Origin: Pseudomonadota bacterium
Lineage (GTDB): Bacteria; Pseudomonadota; Gammaproteobacteria; Methylococcales; Methylococcaceae
Direction: 5' to 3'
Assembly: GCA_041158225.1 (NCBI GenBank)
Contig: JBEBBU010000165.1
Coordinates: 256 to 64,255 of the forward strand
DNA: 64,000 bases
Shown here one piece after another: positions 10,365 through 19,933 of this stretch (the first letter of the stretch is position 1; every line of letters begins with the position of its first letter). The notes under the pieces are model-generated. The model did not search any database, was not told the DNA's origin, and saw nothing but the letters and a program-made list of their open reading frames with translations. The position numbers and the translations under genes are program-made.

Positions 10365-10653
10365 GTAGTTGTGCCAGACGCTTGCCCGCCTGTTCACAGG
10401 CAGCAAATGCCTCTTCGGCAGGCAGTTGCTGGCGTGCAGCCTTGGAAAGCTTGCCGGCAGCGGCGCTGAGGCTCTGTAGCGCTGGTGCATAGGCAGGGTT
10501 GTTTGGGCTGATGCTGGCTGCCATCAGGTCAATCTTGAACTGGAAACACTGATCCAGCAGTTCATCGCTCCGGTCGGCATGGGCGCTCTGTTTGCTGCTG
10601 ATCGATTCCAGCGACTGAATGATTTTCTGCAGTTCTGTGGTCAGTTTGTCCAT
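10348..10653 (-). CDS. Hypothetical small helical protein (101 aa)
   Basis: The internal Met of track ORF 10348..10827 starts MDKLTTELQKIIQSLESI and is preceded by AAGGAG on the reverse strand. I did not recognise a family. Confidence 0.45.
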   Translation of the reverse strand: MDKLTTELQKIIQSLESISSKQSAHADRSDELLDQCFQFKIDLMAASISPNNPAYAPALQSLSAAAGKLSKAARQQLPAEEAFAACEQAGKRLAQLLNHYF

Positions 10654-10684
10654 GGGGCGCACACTCCTTAATCTAGATAGAACC

Positions 10685-10861
10685 CTATTCCGGTCTGCGG
10701 TACTGCCTGATGGTTTCCCGGTATTGCTGCAGAAAAGACCATGCGGCGTAGAGCAGTATGCCGTAAAGTATCCACTCTTCGCCGGATACCGATGACATGT
10801 CGTCATCCAGAAACACAATACCGACAAATGCAGTCAGGGTTAGCAGGAAGTAGTTTAACAT
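10685..10861 (-). CDS. Hypothetical 58-aa two-helix membrane peptide (below ORF-track cutoff)
   Basis: My own translation gives MLNYFLLTLTAFVGIVFLDDDMSSVSGEEWILYGILLYAAWSFLQQYRETIRQYRRPE. An AAGGAG lies 9 nt upstream of the ATG. The downstream ORF 10348..10653 begins 31 nt after the stop. Confidence 0.3.
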   Translation of the reverse strand: MLNYFLLTLTAFVGIVFLDDDMSSVSGEEWILYGILLYAAWSFLQQYRETIRQYRRPE

Positions 10862-11075
10862 GGTCCTTCGCTCCTTTTTTTCCTATCTGGTTCACCTTTG
10901 GCAGCTTGTGCGCCTCGTGAGCGGTGATGATGCCTATGAACGTTATCTGCAGCGCTGGCAGTCAGGCCATGCGTGCTGCGCTCACGCTGACTCTCCCGGG
11001 CGGCCCATGACGCGCAGGGAATTCACCCGGATGCGCATTCATGAGCGCTGGCAGGGGGTCCGTCGCTGCTGCTAG
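10860..11075 (+). CDS. YbdD/YjiX-family (DUF466) small protein
   Basis: SGDDAYERYLQ...PMTRREFTRMRIHERWQGVRRCC matches the pattern I recall from E. coli YbdD (GMPDYDNYVEH...PMTYEEFFRERQDARYGG..ARCC), including the C-terminal RCC. Confidence 0.6.
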   Translation: MVLRSFFSYLVHLWQLVRLVSGDDAYERYLQRWQSGHACCAHADSPGRPMTRREFTRMRIHERWQGVRRCC

Positions 11076-11698
11076 TGACGGCAGCTTTCCAGCTGCCTTA
11101 CTGCCTCCCGGTAGATGGTGTTCCGCGCAAACAGCAGGTTCCAGCGGCTGCCGCCGCACTGGCGCCACAGTACGGCTGCCCGGACAGCTGCCAGCAGCAT
11201 GCAGCGGATACGGTCAGCGTGAGTCTGGCTGGAAAGATAGCGCCTGGAACCGTGCACGATGATTCTGGGCCTGATGTTGCTGAGCGTGTTCTGGTAGACA
11301 TCGGCCAGCGCGGTTGCAAGCTGTTCGTGCTCGATGCCGAAGTGTGCAGCCTTGACCTGTGCCTGCTCCAGTCCCTCCCTGAGGGTCTGCAATATCGCCG
11401 GGTTTTTCATCAGGCTGCGTTCGAGGAAAATCAGTGTGGTGGCATAACGGGCCAGTTCGGTATCAACCCTGGCTTCGCTGCCCAGCTGCTCGACCATCAG
11501 TTCCAGTCCCGGCCGCAGCAGGCAGGTGTCGCCATAGATGGCAGCGATATCGGTGGGTTCGAGTTGCAACAGGCTCCTGAGCAGGGGTAGTGCTTTTTCT
11601 TCCTGGTATTTGCCCTGATGGGCTGTTTCCTGCACAAGTCTCACCGCCTGGGTCAGGGCAGCGAGGGCGGTCACCTGATGCTGTAATGTTTTTATCAT
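11072..11698 (-). CDS. hflD: High frequency of lysogenization protein HflD homolog
   Basis: At 208 aa, with TLALAGI-like ALAALTQAVRLVQETAH and a C-terminal LWRQCGG motif, it matches the length and pattern of HflD. Confidence 0.75.
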   Translation of the reverse strand: MIKTLQHQVTALAALTQAVRLVQETAHQGKYQEEKALPLLRSLLQLEPTDIAAIYGDTCLLRPGLELMVEQLGSEARVDTELARYATTLIFLERSLMKNPAILQTLREGLEQAQVKAAHFGIEHEQLATALADVYQNTLSNIRPRIIVHGSRRYLSSQTHADRIRCMLLAAVRAAVLWRQCGGSRWNLLFARNTIYREAVRQLESCRH

Positions 11699-12114
11699 GA
11701 CTCCTGCCTGTCGTCGGTCCTGCGCCGGTTATATTTGACTGCATTGCCGCGTGAAATATCCACGGGATACTTCTCTGCGTTGTGCAACATTTTTCTTTTG
11801 ACCGCATCCTCAATATCAATGTTCAACTGATCGGCAAGGCGCAGCAGATAGACCTGCACATCGGCTATTTCGAATGCGACTTCATCAAGGGTTTCCTGGG
11901 GCAGATGTTTCGACTGGTCTTCGCTCAGCCACTGGAAATGTTCGAGGAGCTCTGAAGCTTCGACGCTGAGAGCCATGGCCAGATTTTTCGGGCTGTGGAA
12001 CTGCTGCCAGTCACGCTCGTCCACAAACTGCTGCAGTGCCTGCTGAATCTGCCTGATATCCAAGGACGGTCTCCCACCTGCTGTGATGGTCGCCATTATA
12101 GCGTTTTCATGCAT
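11695..12114 (-). CDS. MazG-like nucleotide pyrophosphohydrolase
   Basis: The protein contains the MazG-type helical motifs RDWQQFHSPKNLAMALSVEASELLEHFQW and EIADVQVYLLRLAD. Its stop overlaps the hflD start by 4 nt. The start is uncertain, either 12114 or 12096. Confidence 0.7.
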   Translation of the reverse strand: MHENAIMATITAGGRPSLDIRQIQQALQQFVDERDWQQFHSPKNLAMALSVEASELLEHFQWLSEDQSKHLPQETLDEVAFEIADVQVYLLRLADQLNIDIEDAVKRKMLHNAEKYPVDISRGNAVKYNRRRTDDRQES

Positions 12115-12206
12115 GATGCGTGGCCAGTGCTGCAAATCAGCGGGCAGACAGCGGCTGAACAGGTGTAGAATGCCTGTCAGTAACAACCTGGCAATGGTGA
12201 AAACTT

Positions 12207-13280
12207 ATGGCCCTGATTTCTCTGCGACAGTTGCTCGATCACGCTGCTGAGGGCGGCTATGGCATGCCTGCTTTCAATGTCAATAACCTGGAGCAGGTGA
12301 GAGCCATCATGGAGGCTGCATCTGCGGTCGATGCGCCGGTCATTCTCCAGGCTTCGGCAGGCGCGCGTACCTATGCGGGTGAGCCCTTCCTGCGGCATCT
12401 GGTGCTGGCGGCCGTAGAGGCTTATCCGCATATACCGGTATGCATGCATCAGGATCACGGTGCCAGTCCAGCCGTCTGCATGCGGGCCATCCAGTCTGGT
12501 TTCAGTTCGGTCATGATGGACGGATCCCTGCAGGCTGACGGGAAGACGCCCTCTTCATTTGACTACAATGTTGAAGTGACCCGCACGGTGGTGGCCATGG
12601 CGCATGCCGGTGGGGTTTCCGTAGAGGGTGAGCTTGGCTGTCTCGGGTCGCTGGAAACCGGCAGGATGGGTGAGGAGGACGGTCACGGCGCCGAAGGCGT
12701 GCTGGATGCGGCGCATCTGCTCACGGATGCGGAAGAGGCGGCCAGGTTTGTTCACCTGACTGGGGTGGATGCGCTGGCGATTGCCATTGGCACCTCGCAT
12801 GGTGCCTACAAGTTTACCCAGCGTCCCACCGGACAGGTTTTGCGTATTGATCGCATCAGGGAGATTCATGCGCGCATTCCTGATGTGCACCTGGTCATGC
12901 ACGGATCTTCATCTGTGCCTGAGGAATGGCTGGATATCATCAATGCTCATGGCGGCGCCATGGGGCAGACGTATGGGGTGCCTGTTGCCGAGATTGTGGA
13001 AGGCATCCGTCATGGTGTGCGCAAGGTCAATATCGATACCGATCTGCGCATGGCGGCGACCGGGGCGGTTCGTCGTGATCTTGCAGCCAACCCTGCCAGC
13101 TTTGATCCAAGGAAATTTCTCAAGGCTGCCGAAAAAGCCATGGCTACTATCTGCAGAGAGCGCTACGAGGCTTTTGGCGCGGCAGGACAGGCCTCCCGTA
13201 TCAGACCGCTGTCGCTGGAAGCCATGAGTGAACGCTATGCGGCAGGTCTGCTGGACCCAAGGATAGCCGGTCATGTCTAA
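12207..13280 (+). CDS. fba: Fructose-bisphosphate aldolase, class II (CbbA/Calvin-type)
   Basis: [32 protein letters not shown] and GTSHGAYKF are class II FBA signatures. Confidence 0.95.
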   Translation: MALISLRQLLDHAAEGGYGMPAFNVNNLEQVRAIMEAASAVDAPVILQASAGARTYAGEPFLRHLVLAAVEAYPHIPVCMHQDHGASPAVCMRAIQSGFSSVMMDGSLQADGKTPSSFDYNVEVTRTVVAMAHAGGVSVEGELGCLGSLETGRMGEEDGHGAEGVLDAAHLLTDAEEAARFVHLTGVDALAIAIGTSHGAYKFTQRPTGQVLRIDRIREIHARIPDVHLVMHGSSSVPEEWLDIINAHGGAMGQTYGVPVAEIVEGIRHGVRKVNIDTDLRMAATGAVRRDLAANPASFDPRKFLKAAEKAMATICRERYEAFGAAGQASRIRPLSLEAMSERYAAGLLDPRIAGHV

Positions 13281-14151
13281 ACGTCATCCCGTCATCAGTG
13301 TCACCGGTACCTTCGGGGCAGGCATGCGTAATGTGCGAATTGCGTTTCAGCACCTGATGGATCGTCTTGAGTTGAACGCATTGCATGTGGAAGGTAGCAG
13401 TTATTACCGCTATACCCGCGATGAAATGCTGCCGCGTATTGAGGAGTCAGCGCGTCAGCAGGGACATTTTGGCCGTTTTTCCCTGGACGCCAACTGCCTT
13501 GATCTGCTGGAGCAGGGGTTGAGAAGCTATGGGGAGAACGGTCGCATGCTGCGTCGGCACTACGCCGAAACAGAGGCGGACGCCTTGCGCCATGGTGTGC
13601 CTGTCGGCCAGTTTACCCCGTGGGTATCTGCAGGTGAGGGCAGTGATCTGCTGTTCTTTGAGGGCATGCATGGGGGGGTAAGAACGACTGATGTTGATGT
13701 GGCTGGCCAGAGTGATCTTCTGATCGGGATTGTTCCCAGCGTCAATCTTGAGTGGATTGAAAAGGTACACAGGGATACATCTGACCGCAGGCAGAGTGTG
13801 GAAGATGCTACCCGGACTATCCTGCGCCGCATGCCTGACTATATCAATGTGATCACGCCGCAGTTCTCTCGCACTGATATCAATTTCCAGCGTATCCCGC
13901 TGGTCGATACCTCCAATCCATTTATCGCCCGTGATGTGCCTGATCACGAAGAGTGCATGATCGTGATCCGTTTCAAGGATCCGAGAGCCCTTGGCGTGGA
14001 TTTCAGGCGTCTGCAGTCCCTGCTCAAGAATTCGTTCATGTCGCGCTACAACACCATCGTGGTGCCTGGAGGCAAGATGGTGTTTGCCATGGAGCTGGTG
14101 ATCCAGCCCATACTGGAGCGTATGGTGGAAGAAAGCAGGCGTCTGCGCTAG
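13273..14151 (+). CDS. Phosphoribulokinase paralog with degenerate nucleotide-binding and catalytic motifs
   Basis: The 292-aa protein is collinear with the second PRK in this window. However, its P-loop is GTFGAGMRN instead of GSSGAGTTT, and EGDSYHR has become EGSSYYR. It overlaps the fba stop by 8 nt. Confidence 0.85.
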   Translation: MSKRHPVISVTGTFGAGMRNVRIAFQHLMDRLELNALHVEGSSYYRYTRDEMLPRIEESARQQGHFGRFSLDANCLDLLEQGLRSYGENGRMLRRHYAETEADALRHGVPVGQFTPWVSAGEGSDLLFFEGMHGGVRTTDVDVAGQSDLLIGIVPSVNLEWIEKVHRDTSDRRQSVEDATRTILRRMPDYINVITPQFSRTDINFQRIPLVDTSNPFIARDVPDHEECMIVIRFKDPRALGVDFRRLQSLLKNSFMSRYNTIVVPGGKMVFAMELVIQPILERMVEESRRLR

Positions 14152-14168
14152 TTCAGTGCCAGTCCAGT

Positions 14169-14197
14169 TTGGTGCCGCGGCGTTAATTTGCTAGAAT
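14169..14197 (+). promoter_or_regulatory. Putative sigma70 promoter upstream of transaldolase
   Basis: TTGGTG (14169-14174), a 17-nt spacer and TAGAAT (14192-14197) lie about 45 nt upstream of the tal ATG. The tal start has an ACAGGAG ribosome-binding site. Confidence 0.4.
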
Positions 14198-14242
14198 CGA
14201 CGGGATTTATTCATCTACACCTATCCGAAAACAGGAGTTGCT

Positions 14243-15229
14243 ATGTCCAAGAATCTGCTGGAGCAGTTGCGCGCGGTTACCGTCGTGGTGGCCGATACTG
14301 GTGATATCCAGGCTATCGAAAAGTACAAGCCACGCGATGCAACGACCAATCCATCCCTGATCACCGCGGCGGCCCAGATGCCTCAGTATCAGGATATCGT
14401 TGACCAGACGCTGAAAGGTGCGCGTGCAACCCTCGGCGCGGCGGCTACGGCGGCTCAGGTAGCTTCCCTTGCTTTCGACCGTCTGGCGGTTTCTTTCGGT
14501 CTGAAGATTCTGGAAATCATTGAAGGACGTGTTTCAACGGAAGTCGATGCCCGTCTGTCTTTTGATACCGATGCCACGATTGCCAAGGGTCGTGACCTGA
14601 TTGCCCAGTACGAGGCAGCAGGTGTGTCCCGTGAGCGTGTGCTTATCAAGATTGCAGCGACCTGGGAAGGTATCCAGGCAGCAGCCGTGCTGGAAAAGGA
14701 AGGTATCCACACCAATCTTACCCTGCTGTTCGGTCTGCATCAGGCTATTGCCTGCGCCGAGAATGGCATCACCCTCATTTCGCCATTCGTTGGCCGTATT
14801 CTGGACTGGTACAAGAAAGATACCGGCCGTGATGCCTATGAGCCGCATGAAGATCCAGGTGTACTTTCCGTTCTTGCCATCTACAACTATTACAAGAAGT
14901 TTGGTTACAAGACTGAAGTCATGGGTGCCAGCTTCCGTAACCTTGGCGAAATCACCGAGCTGGCGGGTTGTGACCTGCTGACCATCGCTCCTTCACTGAT
15001 CGCCGAACTGCAGGCCACTGAAGGCGATCTGCCACGCAAGCTGGATCCCAAGCAGGCTGACAGTCTTGCCATTGAAAAGATTACGGTGGACAAGGCTACT
15101 TTTGACCGCATGCATGAAGAAAACCGTATGGCCAAGGAGAAGCTGGCTGAAGGTATTGACGGCTTCAGCAAGGCGCTGGAAACGCTGGAAACCCTGCTTG
15201 CAGACCGCCTCGCCGTTCTGGAAGCCTGA
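14243..15229 (+). CDS. tal: Transaldolase
   Basis: The ORF has TalB-type length and motifs: [15 protein letters not shown] and the Schiff-base lysine context [11 protein letters not shown]. Confidence 0.95.
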   Translation: MSKNLLEQLRAVTVVVADTGDIQAIEKYKPRDATTNPSLITAAAQMPQYQDIVDQTLKGARATLGAAATAAQVASLAFDRLAVSFGLKILEIIEGRVSTEVDARLSFDTDATIAKGRDLIAQYEAAGVSRERVLIKIAATWEGIQAAAVLEKEGIHTNLTLLFGLHQAIACAENGITLISPFVGRILDWYKKDTGRDAYEPHEDPGVLSVLAIYNYYKKFGYKTEVMGASFRNLGEITELAGCDLLTIAPSLIAELQATEGDLPRKLDPKQADSLAIEKITVDKATFDRMHEENRMAKEKLAEGIDGFSKALETLETLLADRLAVLEA

Positions 15230-15419
15230 TAGCAGCCAGCTGCAGATGTCAGTGTGCCTGTCCAGGGGGGAATCTCACTGGACTGGTGCACTTGCATTGG
15301 CCTGACTTCTGGGCTAAAGTTCGAAGGCATTGCATTGTCCCAATGCACGCTTTGCGATCTAGAACCACAACAAGCGAACAAATTCACCATTCAATCCACA
15401 AGCAATCGGAAGACGTATC

Positions 15420-16061
15420 ATGGCAAAACCATTAATACAATTGGCGTTAGACTCTCTGGATTTCGAACAGACCCTGCATCTCGCCAGCCTTGCGGCCGAT
15501 TACGTTGATATCATCGAAGTCGGTACCCCCTGCCTCAAGGTCAACGGTATCAAGCTGGTCAAGGAGCTGCAGCGTACCTATCCTACCAAGAAGATCTTCA
15601 CTGACCTGAAGACCATGGATGCCGGCGCTTATGAAGCCAAGCCTTTCTATCAGGCTGGTTCCAACATCTGTACCGTTCTGGGTACGGCTGACCTGGCGAC
15701 CATCAAGGGTGTGATCGAAGCAGCCAATGCCTATGGCAAGTGGGCTCAGGTTGACCTGATCAATGTCGCTGACAAGAAGAAGCGCGCACAGGAAGCTGCC
15801 GCTCTTGGCGCACACATCATTGGTATTCACACCGGTATCGACCAGCAGATTGCAGGTCAGACGCCGTTTGCCGATCTGGCAGATCTGGTATCACTGAACC
15901 TGAATGTCAAGATCTCGGTAGCTGGTGGTATCAACCTCAACACCGCTCAGCAGGTTGCCCGTTCCGGCGCCAGCATTATCGTTGTTGGTGGTGCCATTAC
16001 TGGTGCGGCATGCCCTGCAACAGCAGCTGAAAAGATCCGTCAGCTGGTTCACTCAGCCTAA
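15420..16061 (+). CDS. hps: 3-hexulose-6-phosphate synthase (copy 1)
   Basis: MAKPLIQLALDSLD...EVGTP...DLKTMDAG...IGIHTGIDQQ...VVGGAITGA is a typical HPS/OMPDC-fold sequence, and phi lies immediately downstream. Confidence 0.95.
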   Translation: MAKPLIQLALDSLDFEQTLHLASLAADYVDIIEVGTPCLKVNGIKLVKELQRTYPTKKIFTDLKTMDAGAYEAKPFYQAGSNICTVLGTADLATIKGVIEAANAYGKWAQVDLINVADKKKRAQEAAALGAHIIGIHTGIDQQIAGQTPFADLADLVSLNLNVKISVAGGINLNTAQQVARSGASIIVVGGAITGAACPATAAEKIRQLVHSA

Positions 16062-16073
16062 GGATATCCGGTC

Positions 16074-16607
16074 ATGCATCAGAAGCTTATTATTGACAAG
16101 ATTTCCAGCGTTCTTTCCGGAACCCCCAGCGATGTTGATACGCAGCTGGAGGCTCTGCTGGACAAGGCCAAGCGTGTATTTATCGCAGGTGCAGGCCGTT
16201 CCGGTCTGGTTGGACGGTTCTTTGCCATGCGTCTGATGCACGCCGGCTATGAAGTCTTTGTAGTGGGTGAGATCGTCACCCCCAGCATCCGTAGTGGTGA
16301 TCTGCTGGTGGTGATCTCGGGTTCGGGCGAAACGGAAACCATGCTGGCCTTTACCAAGAAGGCCAAGGAAAATGGTGCCAGCATTGCCCTGATCTGTACC
16401 CGCGAAAAGTCTACTCTCGGTGATCTGGCAGATGTCGTATTGCAGATCGGCAAGCCTGACCTGTACAGTGCAGTCAAGGGTATGCCTATGGGTACTACCT
16501 TTGAGCTGACCACGCTGCTCATTCTGGAGGCTACGGTTTCCCACCTCATTCATGAGAAGGGTATCGCCGAAGAAGAGATGCGTTACCGTCACGCCAATCT
16601 CGAGTAA
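16074..16607 (+). CDS. phi: 6-phospho-3-hexuloisomerase
   Basis: The 177-aa protein has a SIS domain (FIAGAGRSGLVGRFFAMRLMH, VISGSGET). It starts 12 nt after hps. Confidence 0.9.
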   Translation: MHQKLIIDKISSVLSGTPSDVDTQLEALLDKAKRVFIAGAGRSGLVGRFFAMRLMHAGYEVFVVGEIVTPSIRSGDLLVVISGSGETETMLAFTKKAKENGASIALICTREKSTLGDLADVVLQIGKPDLYSAVKGMPMGTTFELTTLLILEATVSHLIHEKGIAEEEMRYRHANLE

Positions 16608-16661
16608 TCCGGTAACCTGACTGTCCGTATCCGGATTGTCAGGCCAGCCTGGTGCGAACTG

Positions 16662-16706
16662 AATCGCCCGCCATGAGCCTCTGGTTCTGGCGGGCGATTT
16701 TTTTTC
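16662..16706 (+). terminator. Rho-independent terminator after hps-phi
   Basis: A 12-bp stem pairs AATCGCCCGCCA (16662-16673) with TGGCGGGCGATT (16688-16699) and is followed by a T-run. Confidence 0.75.
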
Positions 16707-16801
16707 TGCGGAGCGTGACAATGGCGGCCAGCCTGATAGAATTAGGGGTTGTAACCATATGCCATTTTTATCTTAACCTACTACTCTTGTAAGGAGTCAT
16801 C

Positions 16802-18814
16802 ATGCCGACACGTCGTGAACTTGCCAATGCCATCCGCGCATTGAGCATGGATGCTGTTCAGAAAGCCAACTCTGGCCATCCAGGTGCTCCCATGGGCATG
16901 GCAGATATTGCCGAAGTGCTGTGGAATGATTACCTGCGTCATAATCCTTCCAACCCTTCCTGGCCTGATCGCGACCGCTTTGTCCTGTCTAACGGACATG
17001 GCTCCATGCTGCTTTACTCCCTGCTGCACCTGACGGGCTATGATCTGCCTATCGAAGAGCTGAAGAACTTCCGCCAGCTGCACTCCAGAACGCCAGGTCA
17101 TCCTGAGTATGGTTATGCGCCAGGTGTTGAAACCACCACGGGGCCTCTGGGTCAGGGTATTGCCAATGCTGTCGGTATGGCCATGGCTGAGCGTACGCTG
17201 GCGGGCCAGTTCAACCGTCCTGGTCATGATATTGTTGACCATTACACTTATGTATTCCTGGGCGATGGCTGCATGATGGAAGGCGTTTCCCATGAGGCCT
17301 GTTCGCTGGCTGGCAGCATGAAGCTGGGTAAGCTGATTGCTTTCTACGATGACAATAACATCTCGATTGATGGTGAGGTGCGCGGTCACGGCACGACCCC
17401 AGGCTGGTTCATGGACAATACGCCGGCACGCTTCGAAGCCTATGGCTGGCATGTCATCCCCAAGGTGGATGGTCATGACGCTGAAGCCATCAAACAGGCT
17501 ATTGAGGCTGCACGTGCGGTTAGCGACAAGCCTACACTGATCTGTTGCCAGACCATCATTGGCTGGGGTTCACCCAACAAGCAGGGCAAGGAAGAATGTC
17601 ATGGTGCGGCGCTGGGCAACGATGAGGTTGCACTGGTGCGCCAGACCATCAACTGGCCGCATGATCCTTTTGTGGTGCCTGCTGATATCTATGAAGGCTG
17701 GGACGCCAATGAAGTGGGTGCCGGTGCTGAATCTGAATGGAACAACCGTTTTGAGAACTATCGCAGTGAGTTCCCCGAACTGGCTGCAGAGTTTGAGCGT
17801 CGCATGAATGGCGATCTGCCTGCATCATGGGCGGCTGATTCAGCTGCTTTTGTCGCTGCAGTCAATGCCAAGGGTGAAACCATTGCCAGCCGTAAGGCCT
17901 CGCAGAATGCCCTTAACGGCTTTGGGCCCATGCTGCCTGAAATCCTTGGTGGTTCTGCCGATCTGGCGGGCTCCAACCTGACCATCTGGTCAGGCTGCAA
18001 GGATATCAATGCCGAAGGCTTTAACGGTAACTACGTTTACTACGGTGTGCGTGAGTTTGGCATGTCTGCCATGATGAATGGTGCGGCTCTGCATGGTGGT
18101 TTCCGCCCTTATGGCGCGACTTTCCTCATGTTCTCGGAATATGCCCGCAATGCGCTGCGCATGTCCGCCCTGATGAAGCTGCCCGTGATCTATGTTTACA
18201 CCCACGACTCGATTGGTCTGGGCGAAGATGGTCCTACCCATCAGCCTGTTGAACAGACAGCAACGCTGCGCATGATTCCCAACATGAATGTATGGCGTCC
18301 CTGTGATGCTGTCGAGTCTGCGATTGCATGGAAGTCTGCCATTGAGCGTAAGGATGGTCCTTCTACCCTGATTTTCTCACGTCAGAATCTGGCGCATATG
18401 CCACGTGATGATGCACAGATGGCATCTGTGGCGCGTGGTGGTTATGTGCTGGTGGATTGCGATGGCCAGCCAGACCTGATCCTGATGTCAACCGGTTCTG
18501 AGGTTGAACTGGTGGTCAAGGCAGCTGCAGAACTGTCTGCCAAGGGCAGGAAAGTGCGTGTGGTTTCCATGCCTTCAACCAATGTCTTTGATGCCCAGGA
18601 TGCCGCTTATCGCGAAAGCGTACTCCCGGCTGCAGTCAGCCGTCGTCTGGCGGTTGAAGCGGGTGTCACTGTCGGCTGGTGGAAGTATGTGGGCAGCGCT
18701 GGCTGTGTGGTAGGTCTGGATCGCTTTGGTGAGTCAGCGCCTGCTCCTCTGCTGTTCAAGGAGTTTGGCTTTACCGTAGAGAATGTGGTCGCGAAAGCTG
18801 AAGAGCTGTTCTGA
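16802..18814 (+). CDS. tkt: Transketolase
   Basis: The 670-aa protein contains [16 protein letters not shown], the ThDP motif GDGCMMEG and EDGPTHQP. Confidence 0.97.
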   Translation: MPTRRELANAIRALSMDAVQKANSGHPGAPMGMADIAEVLWNDYLRHNPSNPSWPDRDRFVLSNGHGSMLLYSLLHLTGYDLPIEELKNFRQLHSRTPGHPEYGYAPGVETTTGPLGQGIANAVGMAMAERTLAGQFNRPGHDIVDHYTYVFLGDGCMMEGVSHEACSLAGSMKLGKLIAFYDDNNISIDGEVRGHGTTPGWFMDNTPARFEAYGWHVIPKVDGHDAEAIKQAIEAARAVSDKPTLICCQTIIGWGSPNKQGKEECHGAALGNDEVALVRQTINWPHDPFVVPADIYEGWDANEVGAGAESEWNNRFENYRSEFPELAAEFERRMNGDLPASWAADSAAFVAAVNAKGETIASRKASQNALNGFGPMLPEILGGSADLAGSNLTIWSGCKDINAEGFNGNYVYYGVREFGMSAMMNGAALHGGFRPYGATFLMFSEYARNALRMSALMKLPVIYVYTHDSIGLGEDGPTHQPVEQTATLRMIPNMNVWRPCDAVESAIAWKSAIERKDGPSTLIFSRQNLAHMPRDDAQMASVARGGYVLVDCDGQPDLILMSTGSEVELVVKAAAELSAKGRKVRVVSMPSTNVFDAQDAAYRESVLPAAVSRRLAVEAGVTVGWWKYVGSAGCVVGLDRFGESAPAPLLFKEFGFTVENVVAKAEELF

Positions 18815-18840
18815 TCCATTCCTTGCAGGATGATGTCATG

Positions 18841-18867
18841 GCAGGGGGCTTAGGAAAAGCCCCCTGC
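18841..18867 (+). terminator. Hairpin between tkt and prk (weak terminator or attenuator)
   Basis: A perfect 10-bp stem (GCAGGGGGCT/AGCCCCCTGC) has a 7-nt loop and is followed only by TTT. Confidence 0.4.
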
Positions 18868-18932
18868 TTTGCATCTGGCGATTGTCTGATTTCTCCATTG
18901 ATGGCTGCGCGACAGCTGGAGGGCCAAGCGTT

Positions 18933-19811
18933 ATGTCAAAAAAACATCCAGTGATTGCTATCACCGGTTCATCAGGCGCCGGTACCACTACAGTCAAAAA
19001 ATCCTTCGAGCATATCTTTCTGCGGCTCGGTATCAATCCTCTTGTGGTGGAGGGCGACAGTTACCATCGCTATGAACGTATTGAAATGCGTGAGCGTATC
19101 GCCCGCTGCAAACAGGAAAGTATTCCCTTCAGTCATTTTTCCCTGGATGCCAATCTTTTGCATGAACTGGAAGATTCTTTCAGGGAGTATGGTGAGACGG
19201 GGGTCACTAGGCGTCGCTACTACGTGCACAGTGAGGAGGAGGGGCGGGCACTTGGCGGATATCCTGCCGGTACCTTTACGCCATGGGAGGTGACACCTGC
19301 CAATACCGATCTCATGTTCTATGAGGGTCTGCATGGCGGCGTCAAAACCGGTGATATTGATGTCACCCGTTTTACTGACCTGCTGGTTGGCGTGGTGCCT
19401 ATTGTCAATCTGGAGTGGATACAGAAAATCCACAGGGACACGGCGCAGCGGGGATATAAGCCGGAGGATGTTACCGATATTATCCTCAGGCGCATGGAAG
19501 ACTATGTCAAGGTGATTACGCCGCAGTTTTCCGAGACGGATATCAACTTCCAGCGTGTGCCACTGGTGGATACCTCCAATCCTTTCATTGCGCGGGATAT
19601 TCCTACGGCAGATGAAAGTTTTGTCATTGTCCGCTTCAATGAGCCACACAAGTTTGGTGTGGATTTCCCCTACCTGTTATCCATGCTGCAGGATTCCTTC
19701 ATGTCGCGCTATAACTCGATTGTCGTGCCAGGAGGCAAGATGGGACTGGCTATGGAGCTCATTTTCCGGCCTATTATCGAGCGCATGATGCAGGAGCGTG
19801 ATCAGGCCTGA
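18933..19811 (+). CDS. prk: Phosphoribulokinase (canonical motifs intact)
   Basis: MSKKHPVIAITGSSGAGTTTVKKSF...VVEGDSYHRYER...NLEWIQKIHRDTAQRGY...[17 protein letters not shown] closely matches bacterial class II PRK such as the Rhodobacter enzyme as I recall it. I set the start at the ATG at 18933. Confidence 0.92.
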   Translation: MSKKHPVIAITGSSGAGTTTVKKSFEHIFLRLGINPLVVEGDSYHRYERIEMRERIARCKQESIPFSHFSLDANLLHELEDSFREYGETGVTRRRYYVHSEEEGRALGGYPAGTFTPWEVTPANTDLMFYEGLHGGVKTGDIDVTRFTDLLVGVVPIVNLEWIQKIHRDTAQRGYKPEDVTDIILRRMEDYVKVITPQFSETDINFQRVPLVDTSNPFIARDIPTADESFVIVRFNEPHKFGVDFPYLLSMLQDSFMSRYNSIVVPGGKMGLAMELIFRPIIERMMQERDQA

Positions 19812-19850
19812 TCACGTACTGCTGCTTCCGCCAGTGTCAGGGTATTAAAA

Positions 19851-19879
19851 AACCCGCTATTCCTCTGGAATGGCGGGTT
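19851..19879 (+). terminator. Rho-independent terminator after prk
   Basis: AACCCGC.ATTCC-TCT-GGAAT.GCGGGTT forms a hairpin followed by TCTTTAT. Confidence 0.55.
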
Positions 19880-19886
19880 TCTTTAT

Positions 19887-19914
19887 GCCCCGTACTTTTT
19901 CATCAGTACGGGGC
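19887..19914 (-). terminator. Hairpin terminator after hps copy 2
   Basis: A perfect 10-bp stem (GCCCCGTACT/AGTACGGGGC) lies 20 nt downstream of the reverse-strand hps stop. The U-tract is weak. Confidence 0.5.
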
Positions 19915-19933
19915 ATCAGCAGAAGCCAGGCTA

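Noticed and set aside
16053-17476. Reverse-strand ORFs of 222 aa and 231 aa over phi and tkt
   Set aside because: They are antisense to phi and tkt. One of them also runs through the hps-phi terminator.
18972-19649. A 225-aa reverse ORF inside prk
   Set aside because: It is antisense to a canonical PRK and has no recognisable domain.
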